Below the pieces are notes generated by a model that was not told where the DNA came from, ran no database searches, and worked only from the letters and a program-made list of their open reading frames with translations. Position numbers and translations under genes: made by a program. From Eledone cirrhosa (taxonomy: Eukaryota): a stretch of 64,000 bases of DNA. Shown piece after piece: positions 1 to 13,692 of this stretch. The DNA is taken from NCBI GenBank assembly GCA_964016885.1, contig OZ024752.1, forward strand, positions 2,852,001 to 2,916,000. Direction: 5' to 3'. The stretch's first letter is position 1. Every line of letters begins with the position of its first letter.

Positions 1-879
1 GGGAGAGCCGGTGTTATGGTAAGTGGGATGGGATGTTTATTGTGGAGAGGTACGCATTCACCGTCGATAGAGGAATATAATTATGTGAACGTAAGAACGC
101 AGTTGCTGAGAGTTGAAATGAGATTGGTAATATTTCGCGACTATAGATGCTTTTGCTAGATAAGTAGCCTCGCTGTAGGTGAAGTTCCGAATGTAAATGT
201 TTGAGAGAGGGAGCATGATTTCGAATTGAGCAGGAAGTTTAGTGGCGCCTGCGTTATAAAATCCGGATTATGAATATGCTTCTCACGCAAAAGGTTACAT
301 ATTATACATGAAATTAACAGGACAACAGTTGCTATTATCATGTATAGGTCGACCTTGTTTCATATCAGATTCCCAGAGATACTACTGTGTTATTAGCAGC
401 CGTTTACCACTAGATGTAAGAAAGGCCTGACTTATATTTCTAGCAGGGGATGATGATACGTATCGTGTCTATCTGACTCAACTCACTTGACTGTATCGAT
501 TCTGTGGTTTAAATTCTTTATGTTAAGCAGTTGGCCTACTTTGTATAATGTTCAAATGATGCAGTGAGAGAGGGGTAATTAGACAAGATACATGAATAAA
601 ATTCTGAAAAGAAATAAGTATGGCATGTGAATCTAAACTACAATTTTTCTCATCGAGAACTGGGTCTTCCTAGTCATAATTTTTCGATGATTTTAACCAT
701 ATGTTTCACATCAAAGTGTAATGTTCTACTAAGGCTGTCCCCATATGTCATATAACTTACGAATTGTATTCGTATTCGTCGCTCTTGCCTTTAACGTTAT
801 TCGTTATTGTTTTTTATTTCAACATTGATCGATTATTTCATCAATGACATAATGTCATTCATTTCCATTTTCCTAAAAC

Positions 880-1340
880 AAAGTGTTGCATTTATTTTAT
901 TCTATTAGTCAAAACATATCTAGGAGTTGTCCTTGATTCGGGATCTTTGCGACGAAATGTTGTTGATCTATGATCATCTCTTATTTACTTTCACGCAAAT
1001 GACATCTAGCACCATATCATTCAACCTGTCCTTCATATTATTGATTCAGGTGAGGTTTGGGGTTTATTACTAAATGTTGATAACATAAATACAATAAGTT
1101 GGCTCATTTATAATGCAATCGATGATACAATGTGCTAGAGATAATGTAAACACTGTCTGTACATTTATGGTCAAACGTACGGTGGCTATGAATATAGTAT
1201 ATTTGATCTCGGATTCCGTTTCTATGATGGCATATCTCTTTTAAACTGGTAGGAATTGATTCAATGGGTATTTTGATAACGGCTTCTTTTCCAAGAGGAC
1301 TGGGCAACAACTTAAATGTCATCTCGGTCATTGTTGAGAG
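880..1340 (-). pseudogene. Highly decayed PLE-type reverse transcriptase remnant
   Basis: Minus-strand fragments in the expected order resemble RT motifs: AI.ET...KY.IFIA (like AMGT..AP.YA.LFM), Y-IDCI (like YIDDI), a weak HPNL-like stretch and LDV. Many frameshifts. Confidence 0.3.
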
Positions 1341-2520
1341 CCAATGTGCATTTCATTAAAGATATACAATTTGGGAGTTAATAACATGATTACTCTTAAC
1401 ATAAAACTGCTAATCACTGATATTAATACTTCGTAATCTCTAATTTCATTACTAAGAAAATACAAAACAATTATATCATCTTCGATTTGAGTGGGTATTT
1501 GTTCATCCCCACTGACGTATTTGTAAATTAGGCGTTAGAATTCTTAAGCTCTAGTTCAAGAAGGTTTAATCAATTAAAATTACTGCCAGCGTCATGAGAA
1601 TAATAATTATCGAAATGACTAATTCTGCTTTAAAGACTTCGTTGAAAACGAAGCATAACCCTCAAGATAATTTTTCTTTGTCAATCTCTAACTATTACGA
1701 CAATCAACGTACGTTGCTTCACAAAAGTGGAAGAAAATATAACACATTATATATCCTTAGATCCAGTCTACATGATTATATATCTTAGATGCAAAATGAC
1801 AAATAGTGCCAACTTATGGCCGGATTTAACATCGAAAGCTTAACCCCATGACATCTCACATTCGATTAGTATTTCGAGGATATTAATCAGAACTGGTTAA
1901 TAAGATAAAGAGCCTTCTAATCATTAAGATTTCAATTGTAATTCATTAAAATATATTGGATGTTTATAACAAGAACGATATCGCCTCCATTCTGTCAGGC
2001 CTCCTTGCTGAAGAGGTGCTTGAAAAAATTCAGCCGGCAACGTATTGCATTTTTTCGTTGTTCCGAATAATATATTTGAACACAATAGTGAACCTTGAAA
2101 CAGAGAAGTATTCGCTATCATATGATGGTTATAGTCCTTGACTTCCCAGCATTATATCTGTGCTGTGAAGTAAATCTATTTACTTTTAGTATTTCTGATG
2201 GCTGGGGTTCGAGAAGGGTTAAATTAGAAGGCATTCTGCATAATAAACTACTCTAAATAAAATAGCCACTGATATCAAATAATTTTGTTTTTATTTTACT
2301 TTTATATTTCATATTTTCGCATATCATTTTTAAAGAAATGCACTGTTTATACCAATTAACACGATTTTCTTCATGAGAATAATACGGAAATTTCAGGACA
2401 TTTTTCATTCCATGACTGTATTGCTATATGTTTACCGTTGCTATCAAATTCAGAAACTTTCTTTGCAAATCGTGAATGATTACAATATTAATCTAAATAC
2501 TTCATATCTACGCCCGTAGA

Positions 2521-2580
2521 TATATCTCTGCCTACTTTCGATATATAGCAATAGGTCAATCGAAATGAGGCAGAGATATA
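2521..2580. repeat. Short inverted repeat (arms 2521-2542 / 2559-2580), possibly a fold-back PLE-end relic
   Basis: tatatctctgcct..tttcgat pairs with atcgaaa..aggcagagatata; a GAAA lies just after the apex. Confidence 0.6.
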
Positions 2581-3263
2581 TTCATTTCCTATGTTTATAA
2601 CCGATGTGCAGGGAACACAAGAAAGTACAATTCTATGAGCATTTTCTTTAAAACTGTAAGTTGTTTTTTTAAAGATATTTTGTACTATTTCATATTTAAT
2701 TATTGATTATCATAATCACTATTAATGCCTTATATTTTAGATTATCAACCAATATATTCAAGTGAAATAATACTTGCTAATATTGAAATGAAACAAAGTA
2801 ATACTTGACTGCCTGATGCCAGAAAACTTATACACATTCAGCAGTCTATAAAAGGCCTCTCAAAATATAAACGTGTGGGTAAACACATGTTTGGTGGCTG
2901 CTACACATCAAAGCTGTAACATAAAGCCAAGAATATTCACAAAGAAACTAGTGTTATTTTTAGTGGAAGTGCTTCTCACTAACACAGCAATCAGCTTTAA
3001 AGCCAGGTGTAAGTTGACGCACCAAAAATGAATTGTCAAAATAACCAATATTTTAAGAACACTTAGAAATAAACACTGTACATTTTATGTGAACGTTATG
3101 CTCATAAGCAGATAGGTCTTTTGAATAGCAGCATCCAATTTACGTTTGTTTCCATATATATAAGTTATTGTGCCTTAACAAATGGTCCCCTAATGGACCC
3201 TCTGAAGATTCCGTGCGATGTATAGCATAATAATATCATGAAGTATGCATTTTACCACATAAA

Positions 3264-3907
3264 TCTATATATATATATAAAGTTATAGTTCCTGTCTGTT
3301 TGTTGGTTTTTTCACGAACACCTCCTACCTCCTAAAGTTTTGGAGATAGAACTCCATAACCATATATATTCTGAATCTACATTGCCCAGGGTACTTCGAT
3401 AAGTATATTTCATCTTAATCAGAGGGTTCTCCGGGGGCATAAACCCCCGCTGAAAATGTTATCCTACCGATTTATATGAAATTTAAACCATAGGTAAATG
3501 ACAAGATATGATGCCTATTCACAAAATTTGAGCAAATTTCAATAATATTAAGATACCCTAATGGGGTAAACATTTTGGAAACACATAACTTGAGTATTGG
3601 AACTTGGAATTTCTAATTTGAAGATAATGCTTTACACAAATATGAAATAATCAAGTTTTGATTGATATTTTGAAAGAAATTATTTACAATAAACAAAATA
3701 AGAATAAGATTTGATAATGGAATTTTGATTTGATTTGTTACAAAAAATTATGTTTTCTAATTTTTCATGCATTACATTTTATATGAGTAATATTGAAATG
3801 CAGAGGTTTTCTCCATACATTATATCACTGATTTAAAATCAATCATCATTTTCTTTCCTCCCCAAAAAAATTTGTGAAACGCAGCAAAGCGCGGGTAATT
3901 CGGCTAG
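3264..3907 (+). mobile_element. Non-autonomous Helitron
   Basis: Starts A|TCTATATATATATAAG..gtctgtttg and ends with a GC-rich stem (cgcagcaaagcgcggg) followed by CTAG|T. These are canonical Helitron termini with an A^T target. Confidence 0.8.
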
Positions 3908-4299
3908 TACGAAATATGACTATTCACATAAATAACGAAATTATAATATGTACGTCATGTCTGGACAACCTACCACAGATTACCATTACCACCGATCCAC
4001 TAGTCTTCCGTAGGATTTCTATCACCGGCTCGACCCCGATCCAATTACCCGTGATCAACTTCTTGACTTTTTCCCAAAACTTTCCAAAAGATGTTTCTCT
4101 CTCAGACTCCTCTTTCTCTCCGATTTCTTTGTTTATGATTTTTCTGTTCATATTTTTTCTTTTATTTATGATAATTTGGTATTGATTTGTTCGTTCCCAT
4201 TTCCTTACCTGTCTCTGTTTATCCTCTTTGCATTCATGCACCCCTTTCTTCCACTTCCCTCTTGAACCACACCCTGTCTTCTCTTCCACCGTCCACCTT

Positions 4300-6360
4300 G
4301 CTTTTTGACCAACCTTCCGTTTAGACACCCCGCGCCCACCATGACCAGCCTGAACTCCTTTCTCCCCCAACTCCACATCTGCCTCAAACACTTCCTCACC
4401 CCTCTCCTCCCACCCTGCTATATCCCTTCGGCCCTCCAAATCTCCTATCTCCTCTTCGCTAAGACCCGGCATTCCAGCCACATCCATTTCCTCTTTCGCT
4501 GCCTCCACCTCCACCTCATCCCCTACGGCTTCCGACTCAATTCCATATATCCCCCCTCGCTTCACTCTCCATCGAACGCATCCTACCTGCTCCTCGCGTG
4601 TCCTCATAAGCAACTCTCTCCGCTCCTCCCTCTCTAGCATCCGCAATCTCGACCACAAACCCTCCTCCGCCTCTACTCTGTAGGTCAGCCCCTCCTCCCC
4701 CATCCATCATCCTCTTCATCTATAACGTCAACAATGACCTCTTCTCCTTCCTCACCACCACCAAAGCCCACAAGCTCCACTCACACCTTCCCCCACCACC
4801 GAGCGGACGTCCAGCGATTTGTGCGATGCACCAAACGTCAGGCGCACTTCTGTAACACACCACCGACTCCAGACGCTGTTTACCGCTTTCTCACACTGGA
4901 CCGACGAGGAATTTCTTGAACGCCGGCAACCGAGCAATTTAGCACCTTGGACGCGTTCGTTACTGCCTGCCGTAGAGCAGTAAATCGCTTTGACTTCTGC
5001 CGCCGCTCCAAACGCAATAACATCTCTCGGGTCGAACTCCTAGCTCTCCGCTCCCTCCGTAACCACGATGACATCGTCATCAAACCGACGGACAAGGGAG
5101 GCGCTGTGGTGGTGTGGTGTGCGACTTTTAACAGCCGAAACCCTAAGTCAGCTCCGCAACCCCCTCTTTTACCGCCCCCTACCTTCTGACCCCAGCCCCC
5201 TCTGTCAACAGCATATTTCCTCCACCATCCAACACCTCGGCTCCCTCGTCCACATCACCCTCACCCGCGCCCGCGCAGTCCGCCGCTCCATCACCCTCAC
5301 CCCACGCCATCACGCTAACACCCACCCTCTCCCCGTCCCCCTCACATGCCACCCCTCCAGCCTACGCCTCCACCACACAATCCTCCGCCGCCTCAAGTCC
5401 TGCCCCTCCACCAGCATCTTCACGCGCCACCCCTCCCCTCCTTCAGATGCGCGCTCAACCTCCGCAACCTCCGCAACCTCTCCGTCCCGCATCTCCATAC
5501 CCAAGGGTACCCTTCGCTGCTCCAGACCCTGCTGCCTCTCATACCCCTACATTACCAACACCACCACCTTCCAGGGCCACTCATTCTGTACGGCATGCCT
5601 TGCGTTGCACCTCTTCCAACCTCGTCTATGGATCTCGCTGCACGGAGTGCAACGCAACCTATGTTGAACAGACCGGGCGTCGCCTGGCGGATCAGTTCAG
5701 AGAGCACCTCCGAGACATTTGTCTTGGTGGGAGTTGCCCCATCGCCTGCCGCTTTGGTTCCCCTGGATACCCCTCCATAATTGAATGTCTTGCGCCTCCC
5801 GCAACCCGGCATACGGCCGAACAATCCACCATTTTCACCCTACCGACACTCAGCGCCCGGTCTTAACTCACCACCCCTCTTGCTTTGGTAGGCCTTCAAC
5901 CGTTCGCCCAACTACACACTCCCCACATACACACCCTCAACACGCACACACACACCTCTATATATACTTCTCCAAACTATCACAGTCACATCCACACATC
6001 CACACACACACACGTACACATACTCATATACACACACACCATCTCCTGCGATCCCCGCTCGTTACCCTTCGCCCCACCAACCACCCACCACCACCTCACA
6101 TCCTTTGACCACTTGTTTTCCTTATAAATTTTGTTCCCTCATTCTAATTTGTTTTCCTTCGTCTTACCCCCCCCCCTTTTTTTAATGTACTTCCACCACT
6201 TCTCCTCACACCCCCTCAAACTATTTTACTTCCCATCTTTCTCCTGATGAAGGGCTTATGCGCGAATCGTACCTCTTCCTCACTCTCAAGCCTGAACCTA
6301 ATACCAACACTGTTCGTCCTGCACTCTTTGTTATTGCTTTTTATTTTTTTTATTTTTATA
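4300..6360 (+). mobile_element. Neptune-like Penelope element, internally deleted (RT core missing) and pseudogenised
   Basis: ORF fragments: CLHLHLIPYGFRLN; NNISRVELLALRSLRNHDDIVIKPTDKGGAVVVW (DKG motif); a Cys-rich linker; GIY-YIG-like CTSSNLVYGSRCTECNATYVEQTGRRLADQFREH. A 3' HHR-like motif lies at 6244. Confidence 0.85.
6240..6275 (+). ncRNA. Degenerate minimal hammerhead ribozyme in the PLE 3' end
   Basis: CTGATGA-A-GGGC-TTAT-GCGC-GAAT-CG-TA. GAAA has become GAAT and helix I is not evident. Confidence 0.55.
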
Positions 6361-6587
6361 TACATATATATATATAAGAAACCCTTCCCACCTTTCCACA
6401 ATGATAAGTTCAATCATATGCTATGACTAGTGGCTGATCAACCTAGAATGCAACTTAATTCTGCGCATTCAACCAAACGCCTTCCTACATAAAATGGAGA
6501 AAATTACTTCCTACAAGAATACACTAGAAAATTGCTAGTCGGAACTTTTCAATGCACCCCTATTTATTTCTCTCTCTCACCCCCTCT

Positions 6588-6991
<404 letters not shown>

Positions 6992-7044
6992 TATTTTCTC
7001 ATACTATCTCTGAAGAAGGCTAGACCGCGTATTTTTGAAACTAT

Positions 7045-7230
7045 TTGTTTCTACCTTTGGCACAAGGCCAGCAATAACCCTCTACATTACTGGTACTTTA
7101 TTTTATCGACCCCGTATGGGTGAAAGGCAAAGTTAACCTCGGCGGGATTTGAACTTAGACGGTAAACGGACGTAACTATGCTAGAAAGCATGTCGGCCAA
7201 CCCTCTACCGATACTGACATTTCACCGCCC
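7045..7230 (-). mobile_element. tRNA-derived SINE, family S1
   Basis: Shared body ...tactggtactttattttatcgaccccgta.gg.tgaaaggcaaagttaacctcggcgggatttgaact with a minus-strand B box (AGTTCAAATCC). Four copies in the window. Confidence 0.85.
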
Positions 7231-7392
7231 TTATATCTTATAATCCGTATTATTAAAACTAATAATATATATTCACATCTAACTGTGTCGTTAACTTCGT
7301 TATATCTGTTTACCTTTTGCATGTATATACATTTATATATGTATATCTATATCTCTCTCTCTATATATATATAGATATACATATATAAATGT

Positions 7393-7454
7393 TAGTCGAG
7401 AATTAGCCGTCGAAACGGCTTGAGCTCAGCCGTCGGGGTCCTACTCGTTCCTAT
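7393..7454 (+). mobile_element. Solitary tail-less arm of PLE-end family F2
   Basis: Matches 10237-10283 and 33804-33865 and ends at ttcctat|(TA)n. Confidence 0.75.
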
Positions 7455-7477
7455 ATATATATATATATATATATACA

Positions 7478-7640
7478 AAATATTATGTCCATAGAATCAT
7501 TTGATAAGATATATACACCATTTCCTCTCCTAATTAGCATAATCAACCAGACAAAAAACAATTAAACCATGCTATAAGATTAAAGGCACCTATGAAGAAA
7601 TAATAGATAAAAAAACGACAGCCATCTATTCGCGATCAAC
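7478..7640. repeat. Dispersed repeat with an inverted copy at about 9880-10040 and a short piece at 9337-9385
   Basis: atgtc.atagaatca..gataa.atatataca..tttcc.ctcc.aattagcataat is shared in opposite orientations; the two longer copies abut (TA)n. Confidence 0.7.
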
Positions 7641-8330
7641 AGCTATAGAATATTTACCCACCATTTCAATAGCACGTGGAACTCGATTAAATATATCGTC
7701 AACCATACTCAATTAGGTATACAATTAAAGTTAGAAGAAAACATGCATATACACATACCAGGATTACGTTCGTCCAAATGAGTTTGTTTCCTGATGAGTT
7801 CGAAACTCGAGAATTGATCCTTGATAGGATATCTCTAAAAGCGTGAGTACACACACACTCACACACCGACGAGAGGTCGGAGAAAACAAATATATATACA
7901 AACCAACACAATATTCACCGAAAGTTAGTTTACAAATTAACAAATATTATATTGGTCAAATTTCCTTTGACGATGTAAATTGGAGAAATTTGGTCAACCG
8001 CACCCTATACACACGCACCTAAATTCAGTTCAATGTTCTCCTATACGTGTATCGATTGAATTGTAAAGAGTGTATGTTTTGGTATATACACATCCATGAG
8101 AAGAGTAAGTAGTCAGCTCATATTGAACTCTCTATGTGCTGTTGACCCACTGAGAATCTGAGTCCCCAAATCTTTGCGTGCAAGCAACCGCCATGTAGGC
8201 CACCAAGGGGCTCTGTGTAAGGTTGGGTATTTGAGTTAAGGTGTTAATCTTCATATGGGGGACAAAATTCTAGTGAGTGAACATCGTAAAATTTTCTCCC
8301 TCATATCAAGGTTTTGAAGACAATTAATTT

Positions 8331-8404
8331 TCACCTGACGAGATCAGTAATAATCAATCATGGCCGCACGATCGATCTAACACTTATTGAAACATTTGTC
8401 GTGA
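8331..8404 (+). ncRNA. Type-I hammerhead ribozyme, intact core, GUC cleavage site
   Basis: Helix I TCAC/GTGA; CTGACGA; helix II gatcagt/acttatt; GAAA; helix III A-CATTTG-T; C17 at 8400. It lies about 45 bp upstream of a (TA)n tract. Confidence 0.8.
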
Positions 8405-8447
8405 TTAAAATGATTGGAAATATATACCATGCCTTCGGATCTTTTTT

Positions 8448-8591
<144 letters not shown>

Positions 8592-8784
8592 GTTTCTGAA
8601 TTTGTTTAGCAAGATTATTTATCTGAAAACGTGTGCTGAAACCGATATTGTTATACTTTGGGACGGTCATGTTGCCAATAAGAAACACACGCACCGGATG
8701 CTTTCTCTTCAATTCATTATTAATTAAATTTATAAACTTCCGGTTGGTTGGTTGGTTCCACAACCAGACGATTGTTCATATATT

Positions 8785-8827
8785 GTCAAAGTTCTTTCGT
8801 CACACATTCTGTGAACTCTTCAGTGAC
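8785..8827 (-). ncRNA. Hammerhead ribozyme F1 (left arm)
   Basis: Reverse complement: GTCA-CTGAAGA-G-TTCACA-GAATG-TGTGAC-GAAA-GAAC-TT-TGAC. Confidence 0.7.
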
Positions 8828-9009
8828 TGGGAATTATTTTTGTTTTGTTGTTGTGCCTCTCCTTTGTTCTGTCCTACGCCATCTTGTTTTTGTGTGTGAA
8901 CACACACAAAACCAAGATGGCGTAGGACAGAACAAAGGAGAGGCACAAAAACAAGATGGCGTAGGACAGAACAAAGAGAGGCACACAAACCCCCAAACAA
9001 GACTCCCCA

Positions 9010-9052
9010 GTCACTGAAGAGGTCACAGAACGTGTGGCGAAAGAACTTTGAC
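9010..9052 (+). ncRNA. Hammerhead ribozyme F1 (right arm), intact core
   Basis: GTCA-CTGAAGA-G-GTCACA-GAACG-TGTGGC-GAAA-GAAC-TT-TGAC. Confidence 0.75.
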
Positions 9053-9197
9053 AATATATGAACAATCGTCTGGTTGTGGAACCAATCAACCAACCAGAAA
9101 TCTATAAATTTCATTTATAAATTTCATTTATAATAAATTGAAGTGAACGCAACTGGTGCGTGTGTTTCTTATTGGCAACATCACCCTCCCAAAGTAT

Positions 9198-9256
<59 letters not shown>

Positions 9257-9263
<7 letters not shown>

Positions 9264-9443
9264 ATTTACATATATATATATGTATATATATATATATAAG
9301 TGTTTTGCAACGGGTCACTTTGTGGCTCAATGAAGAGTATATATTTTATCTGGTGATTCTACAGACATATGTTATGATATATAGCTCTGATTATCTAATT
9401 TATTAACTCTTCATTCAGCCACAAAGTGACCCGTTGCAAAACG

Positions 9444-9486
<43 letters not shown>

Positions 9487-9493
9487 CTTTATA
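9257..9493. repeat. Inverted repeat (9257-9338 / 9406-9493) embedded in (TA)n
   Basis: ataagtgttttgcaacgggtcactttgtggctcaatgaagagt versus actcttcattcagccacaaagtgacccgttgcaaaacgcttat. The internal (TA)n and the outer aaag.tttacat are also mirrored. Confidence 0.9.
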
Positions 9494-9684
9494 TGTAATA
9501 ATCTCTCGTTAGGTTGAGATACACTTTTGGCTGTATTGTGCTGCGCTTTCTAGCAAAAGGCCACCACCCGTAAGCAACTAATCACATTCTTTCTAACCTG
9601 ACCGCTGCTACGACACGATTCTTAGCCATTTTGGAATATATTCTTGGAGCGATCACTTTGGAAAATTAATTGTCTAAATTGTCT

Positions 9685-9762
9685 AACTCCAGAAGAGTCC
9701 AGACGTCCAGGTGTCCAATGTTATTGGATAACTTAAAATGCGGACGAAACCATGGTAGTGGT
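9685..9762 (+). ncRNA. Degenerate hammerhead ribozyme (U4>A)
   Basis: C(A)GAAGA-GTCC...GGAC-GAAA-CCATGG-TA. Helix III ACCATGGT is a perfect palindrome; helix I is decayed. Confidence 0.6.
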
Positions 9763-10060
9763 AACTAAATATGTTCACTTTTCTCCTAGTTTATTTTACA
9801 CCTAATTCTGTTTAGTTGACTGTATATCTGGACGATTTATACACGCCGTCCAAATATTCGATAAATACTCCGTCGCAGCCGCCGCGAAAGGCTGCTTTCG
9901 GTTATTTGTCGTAGATTTCTTCATAGAAGCATTTATTCTTATAGCTTGGTCTAATCGATTTTTTATATGGTTAATTATGCTAATTGGGAGTGGAAACTGT
10001 ATATATTTTATCTGGTGATTCTATAGACATGTTTTATGATATATATATATACTATATATA

Positions 10061-10091
<31 letters not shown>

Positions 10092-10115
10092 GATAGATAA
10101 TATATAACAAAGGAA

Positions 10116-10283
10116 TTGTGGTAAGGAACCAGATGGACCATAACGCACCGGAGTACTCAATACTTAGGGTAGTAGAGTGGGAAATAGGAAAAACTATGAC
10201 CCCGACGGCAGAGCGCAAACCGTTTCGACGCTATTTCGTCGAAACGGCTTGAGCTCTGCCGTAGGGGTCATACTTTTCCCTAT
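10116..10283 (-). mobile_element. Fold-back insertion of family F2 (arms 10184-10230 / 10237-10283; tail 10116-10183)
   Basis: Hairpin between (TA)n tracts; mirror image of 33711-33933. Confidence 0.85.
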
Positions 10284-10393
10284 ATATATATATACATATA
10301 TATAGTATAACTAAACAAACTCTTTCCTAGAGCTAATTCACTGTAATGAGACTATTTTGAGTGTCTAACTCAATACTCGCCTTTGATATATAC

Positions 10394-10511
<118 letters not shown>

Positions 10512-12241
10512 GTTATATTTGTATATCGTTGTTGTTGTTAGGACTTCATCAATTTTCACGATGAGAGATCCATGGATTAAGCTTACAGTATATTTTATCT
10601 AGGCATTTTAAGGGTCACTCATGATTATCAGTGTGTATGAAGTTAGCCCTGTAGTTTGTCTCCTGGCCTAGATGTTTAGACAACTTATATGTTGCAGTAA
10701 TGCGCTGCTGTTAATTACAAAGATTCTTCATACAGTATCTTCCAGATCGTGAGTAGATATCTTTCGTATAGAATATTATCACATAAACTGCTATATGATA
10801 GAAAAGTTCAATGAACGGAGAATCTTATAAATATATCCGACACCTGGTGAGATTTTCCTAACACCTTTTGATTTTCATTTTGACTAGTTTAAATAAGAAA
10901 ACTTTCTATTTATTTAATGTCAATTGAATTTTTTAAAAATATGATAACATTAATTAACTTCATATGAATGGGATGGGGGTGAGGGAGATAACTATAACAC
11001 CATATCCATAGAAAACTTTTCATAGTGAATGTGTGAAATTTGATTGTATTAAAGCTATTTGATTTTGGAGATATCATTTCCAAGCTGATACAAATAAAAT
11101 ATTAACGTTTTGGAAAGAAACAGTCTATAATTGTACATAAATTGTTGCTCACATTCTCTATATCTGTAAAGAGCATATTACGAATATGTGAAAATCACTA
11201 ATATATTAATATATAATTTTCCTGAAAAGAAAGTAGTGAAAATTGTCTTCATGAGGAGAGAAAAGAAAAGAAAGGACTTGAATAACCATAAGAAAATGTT
11301 CTAGACATATAATTCATTTTGTTTAATGTTTCTCGTAAATTGTTGCTATGGAAGAACGATGATGCGGAATCAAAATCCCATGCTTTATAATTAGGAAATA
11401 TGCATATGTATCTGAACACAAAGTTCACCATTATTTCTTATAATTACGCATGATGAAAGTTTCACAGTGCTTTGAATATCACATTAGATTTCTACATTGC
11501 GTAGAGGAATGATGACAGCGCCTACTATAGTTTTATGAGAAATTCATGTGTTGCCATTTGACACAGACAGCAAATCATCTCTGAGAATAAATTCTAGTGG
11601 AGAGAAACAATCAGTTCACTATACAACAGATATTCTTTTGTCTTCAATACATTTTCTCTTTGTCACCTGTTCTCCAGCTTCTTTGTAAGATTTAGGAAAT
11701 AATAGGCCAAAAGGAATCGAAAAAGACGAGTGGAAATTCCTAGATTATTTCAGTTGAATATCTGATAATTCATGTTGAAATGTGCCATAAATTAGAAAGG
11801 ACTTATTCAACGAATGCTATCTTCAGGGAGACTAATAGACATCGTAACATACCGAAAAGTATATGGTTGGAATGAAACAAAGTTCACTTACGCTCCTCTG
11901 AATGTAATTCCAAAATTATTTTGCCACATCAACCACATTCTTCAGAGACAAGCCATTGATAATGTAAAGTTGCGTATTTATGACACCATTCTGACCAATG
12001 CTCTTACATTTGCTATATCTAGAAAGTTCTGCCATTTCACTTCCTATGTTAACAAACTATTTAGTGAATGTATTAAGTCACCATTGCTTTGCTGTGTAGG
12101 AGAGTTATAAATATTAAATATATAATATCTAACATTAGTCTTTCATACGCAAACATTTATTATATATATATAAAGTGAGAGACACAGAGAGAGCATGAGT
12201 GACTAAGAAAGGGAAAGTGAAATGCGTTATAATATATTACT

Positions 12242-13692
12242 TTCTATTTATTTGCCACCAGATCATAAAAGACTGGGACAAATACAAGGGGAGGGGTTAC
12301 ATACATTTAAAGGACGTGTAAAAATATAACAAATAAAAGTCAACAATCAAAGTCATCAATAGGGAGGGGGCGTTGACGTGGGTTGCTCACACCCCCGAAC
12401 AAATGTGCAACCTTCCTCCTCAGGAGCACAAAGAGCGGGTGGTCCCTTCCTCTCCTCCTTCTCTTCTTCTCTCACTTCTCCTCCTTCTCATCCACTTTCA
12501 CCGACCTTTCATAAAACTTGCTGATCCTTCTGATCCATTCTGATCCTTCTTCTAAAATGGTATTTGAAAAAAAGGTCCAGTTATCGGCCGGAGAGAAAGG
12601 TGTCTGACCTCAGCCATTTCAACCTCGTCCACCATACAAGCTCTTTAGCCATAGCTATCACACAGAAGAAAACCGCCTCTGCTTCGTTTTTGAAGGGGGA
12701 TGTGGTTTGATCGTGACAATGTACTAGGTGGTAAACCGGATTGGTTCCACGCGCGACGGTAGTGGTTTCACATAGCCCCACAGGTCAGCAACGCCCGGGC
12801 AGTGTACGAATGCGTGCGCGACGGTTTCCTCGTCTCGCACGCATCTAGGACAGATCTTTTTTGAGGGGTCCCTTCCCGGGCGCCCGTGTCTGTAGAGCTT
12901 GTTCAGAACGGGTAGAGCTCCTCAGTAGCACTGCCAAGCCAGGGACTCTTGCAAATTGTCCATCGGTGCCGGGCCAAACGTCCTACCGAACAGACTGGTT
13001 AGTTCGTCTTCCTCCATGCCCAGATCTTCTCCGAGAGTGTCGTCACACTTGCTACGCACCAACCCTCTATAGAATGTCGAGGTGGAGTCTCCACTGATTG
13101 CCGGATCCGCTTGCCAGAGGGCCGTGAGCGCCTGGGCACATTCAATGTGCCAGTCGCCCACTTTTCCTGGTCTTTGCTTGACCCAGGATTGCAGCTCGGT
13201 GAGCAAGATAAGTCTCGGAAAGGCTCGCCTCACAATAGTGGCCCACACCGGTTGACCGGTGAGGAATACCTGGAGGTGCCGTAGCCTTAATGCGTGTTTA
13301 CGCATCGTCAGACATGTCCTCCCCATCCTTCCGTTCGAAGGGTGTTGACAGCAGATGGATCTTCTCACAAAAGGGTCCCGCTTCTTCCAAAGGAATTGGA
13401 AGAGTGCTCGCTCCATTTTGGCGAGCGTTTTCGCTGGGCAAGGCACGACGGTCAAGCGGTAGTAGATGACAGACGCTACATAAGTGTTCACCACCTCCCT
13501 TCGATCTTTCAGGGATAGTTTGCACTCGGCCCATTTCTGGGCGAGGGCAAACACCCTGCGTGTTACCTCGTCCCAGTTTTTTCTCCATCTGGTGGCCTGA
13601 TCCGAACCAGACGCCGAGCAGCTTCACCGGTCCCTCCGTCCAGCGTCCGACGACGCCGTTGGAGGGCATCGGTTTGCCTCTCCAAATGTTTT
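12242..13692 (-). mobile_element. 5'-truncated L1/Tx1-clade LINE (C-terminal part of ORF2 plus 3'UTR), frameshifted
   Basis: PVKLLGVWFG...KLSLKDRREVVNTYVASVIYYRL..., plus the CCHC motif ICPRCVRDEETVAHAFVHCP at about 12796-12855; A-rich 3' end. Confidence 0.9.

Noticed and set aside
60-360. Possible PLE RT remnant (GRPI...; NYF..DG) on the minus strand; also a CR1/L2-like remnant at 23690-23890
   Set aside because: Too decayed to support without a translated search.
2000-2035. CTGAAGA-GGTGCTT-GAAA
   Set aside because: Helices II and I are too weak; a chance match.
3924-4703. 259-aa Glu/Gly/Arg-rich ORF on the minus strand
   Set aside because: It is the antisense shadow of the C/T-rich Neptune-like PLE.
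7788-7825. CTGATGA-GTTC-GAAA-CTCGAG hammerhead-like word
   Set aside because: No real helix II, no U16.1 and no helix I; at best a broken relic.
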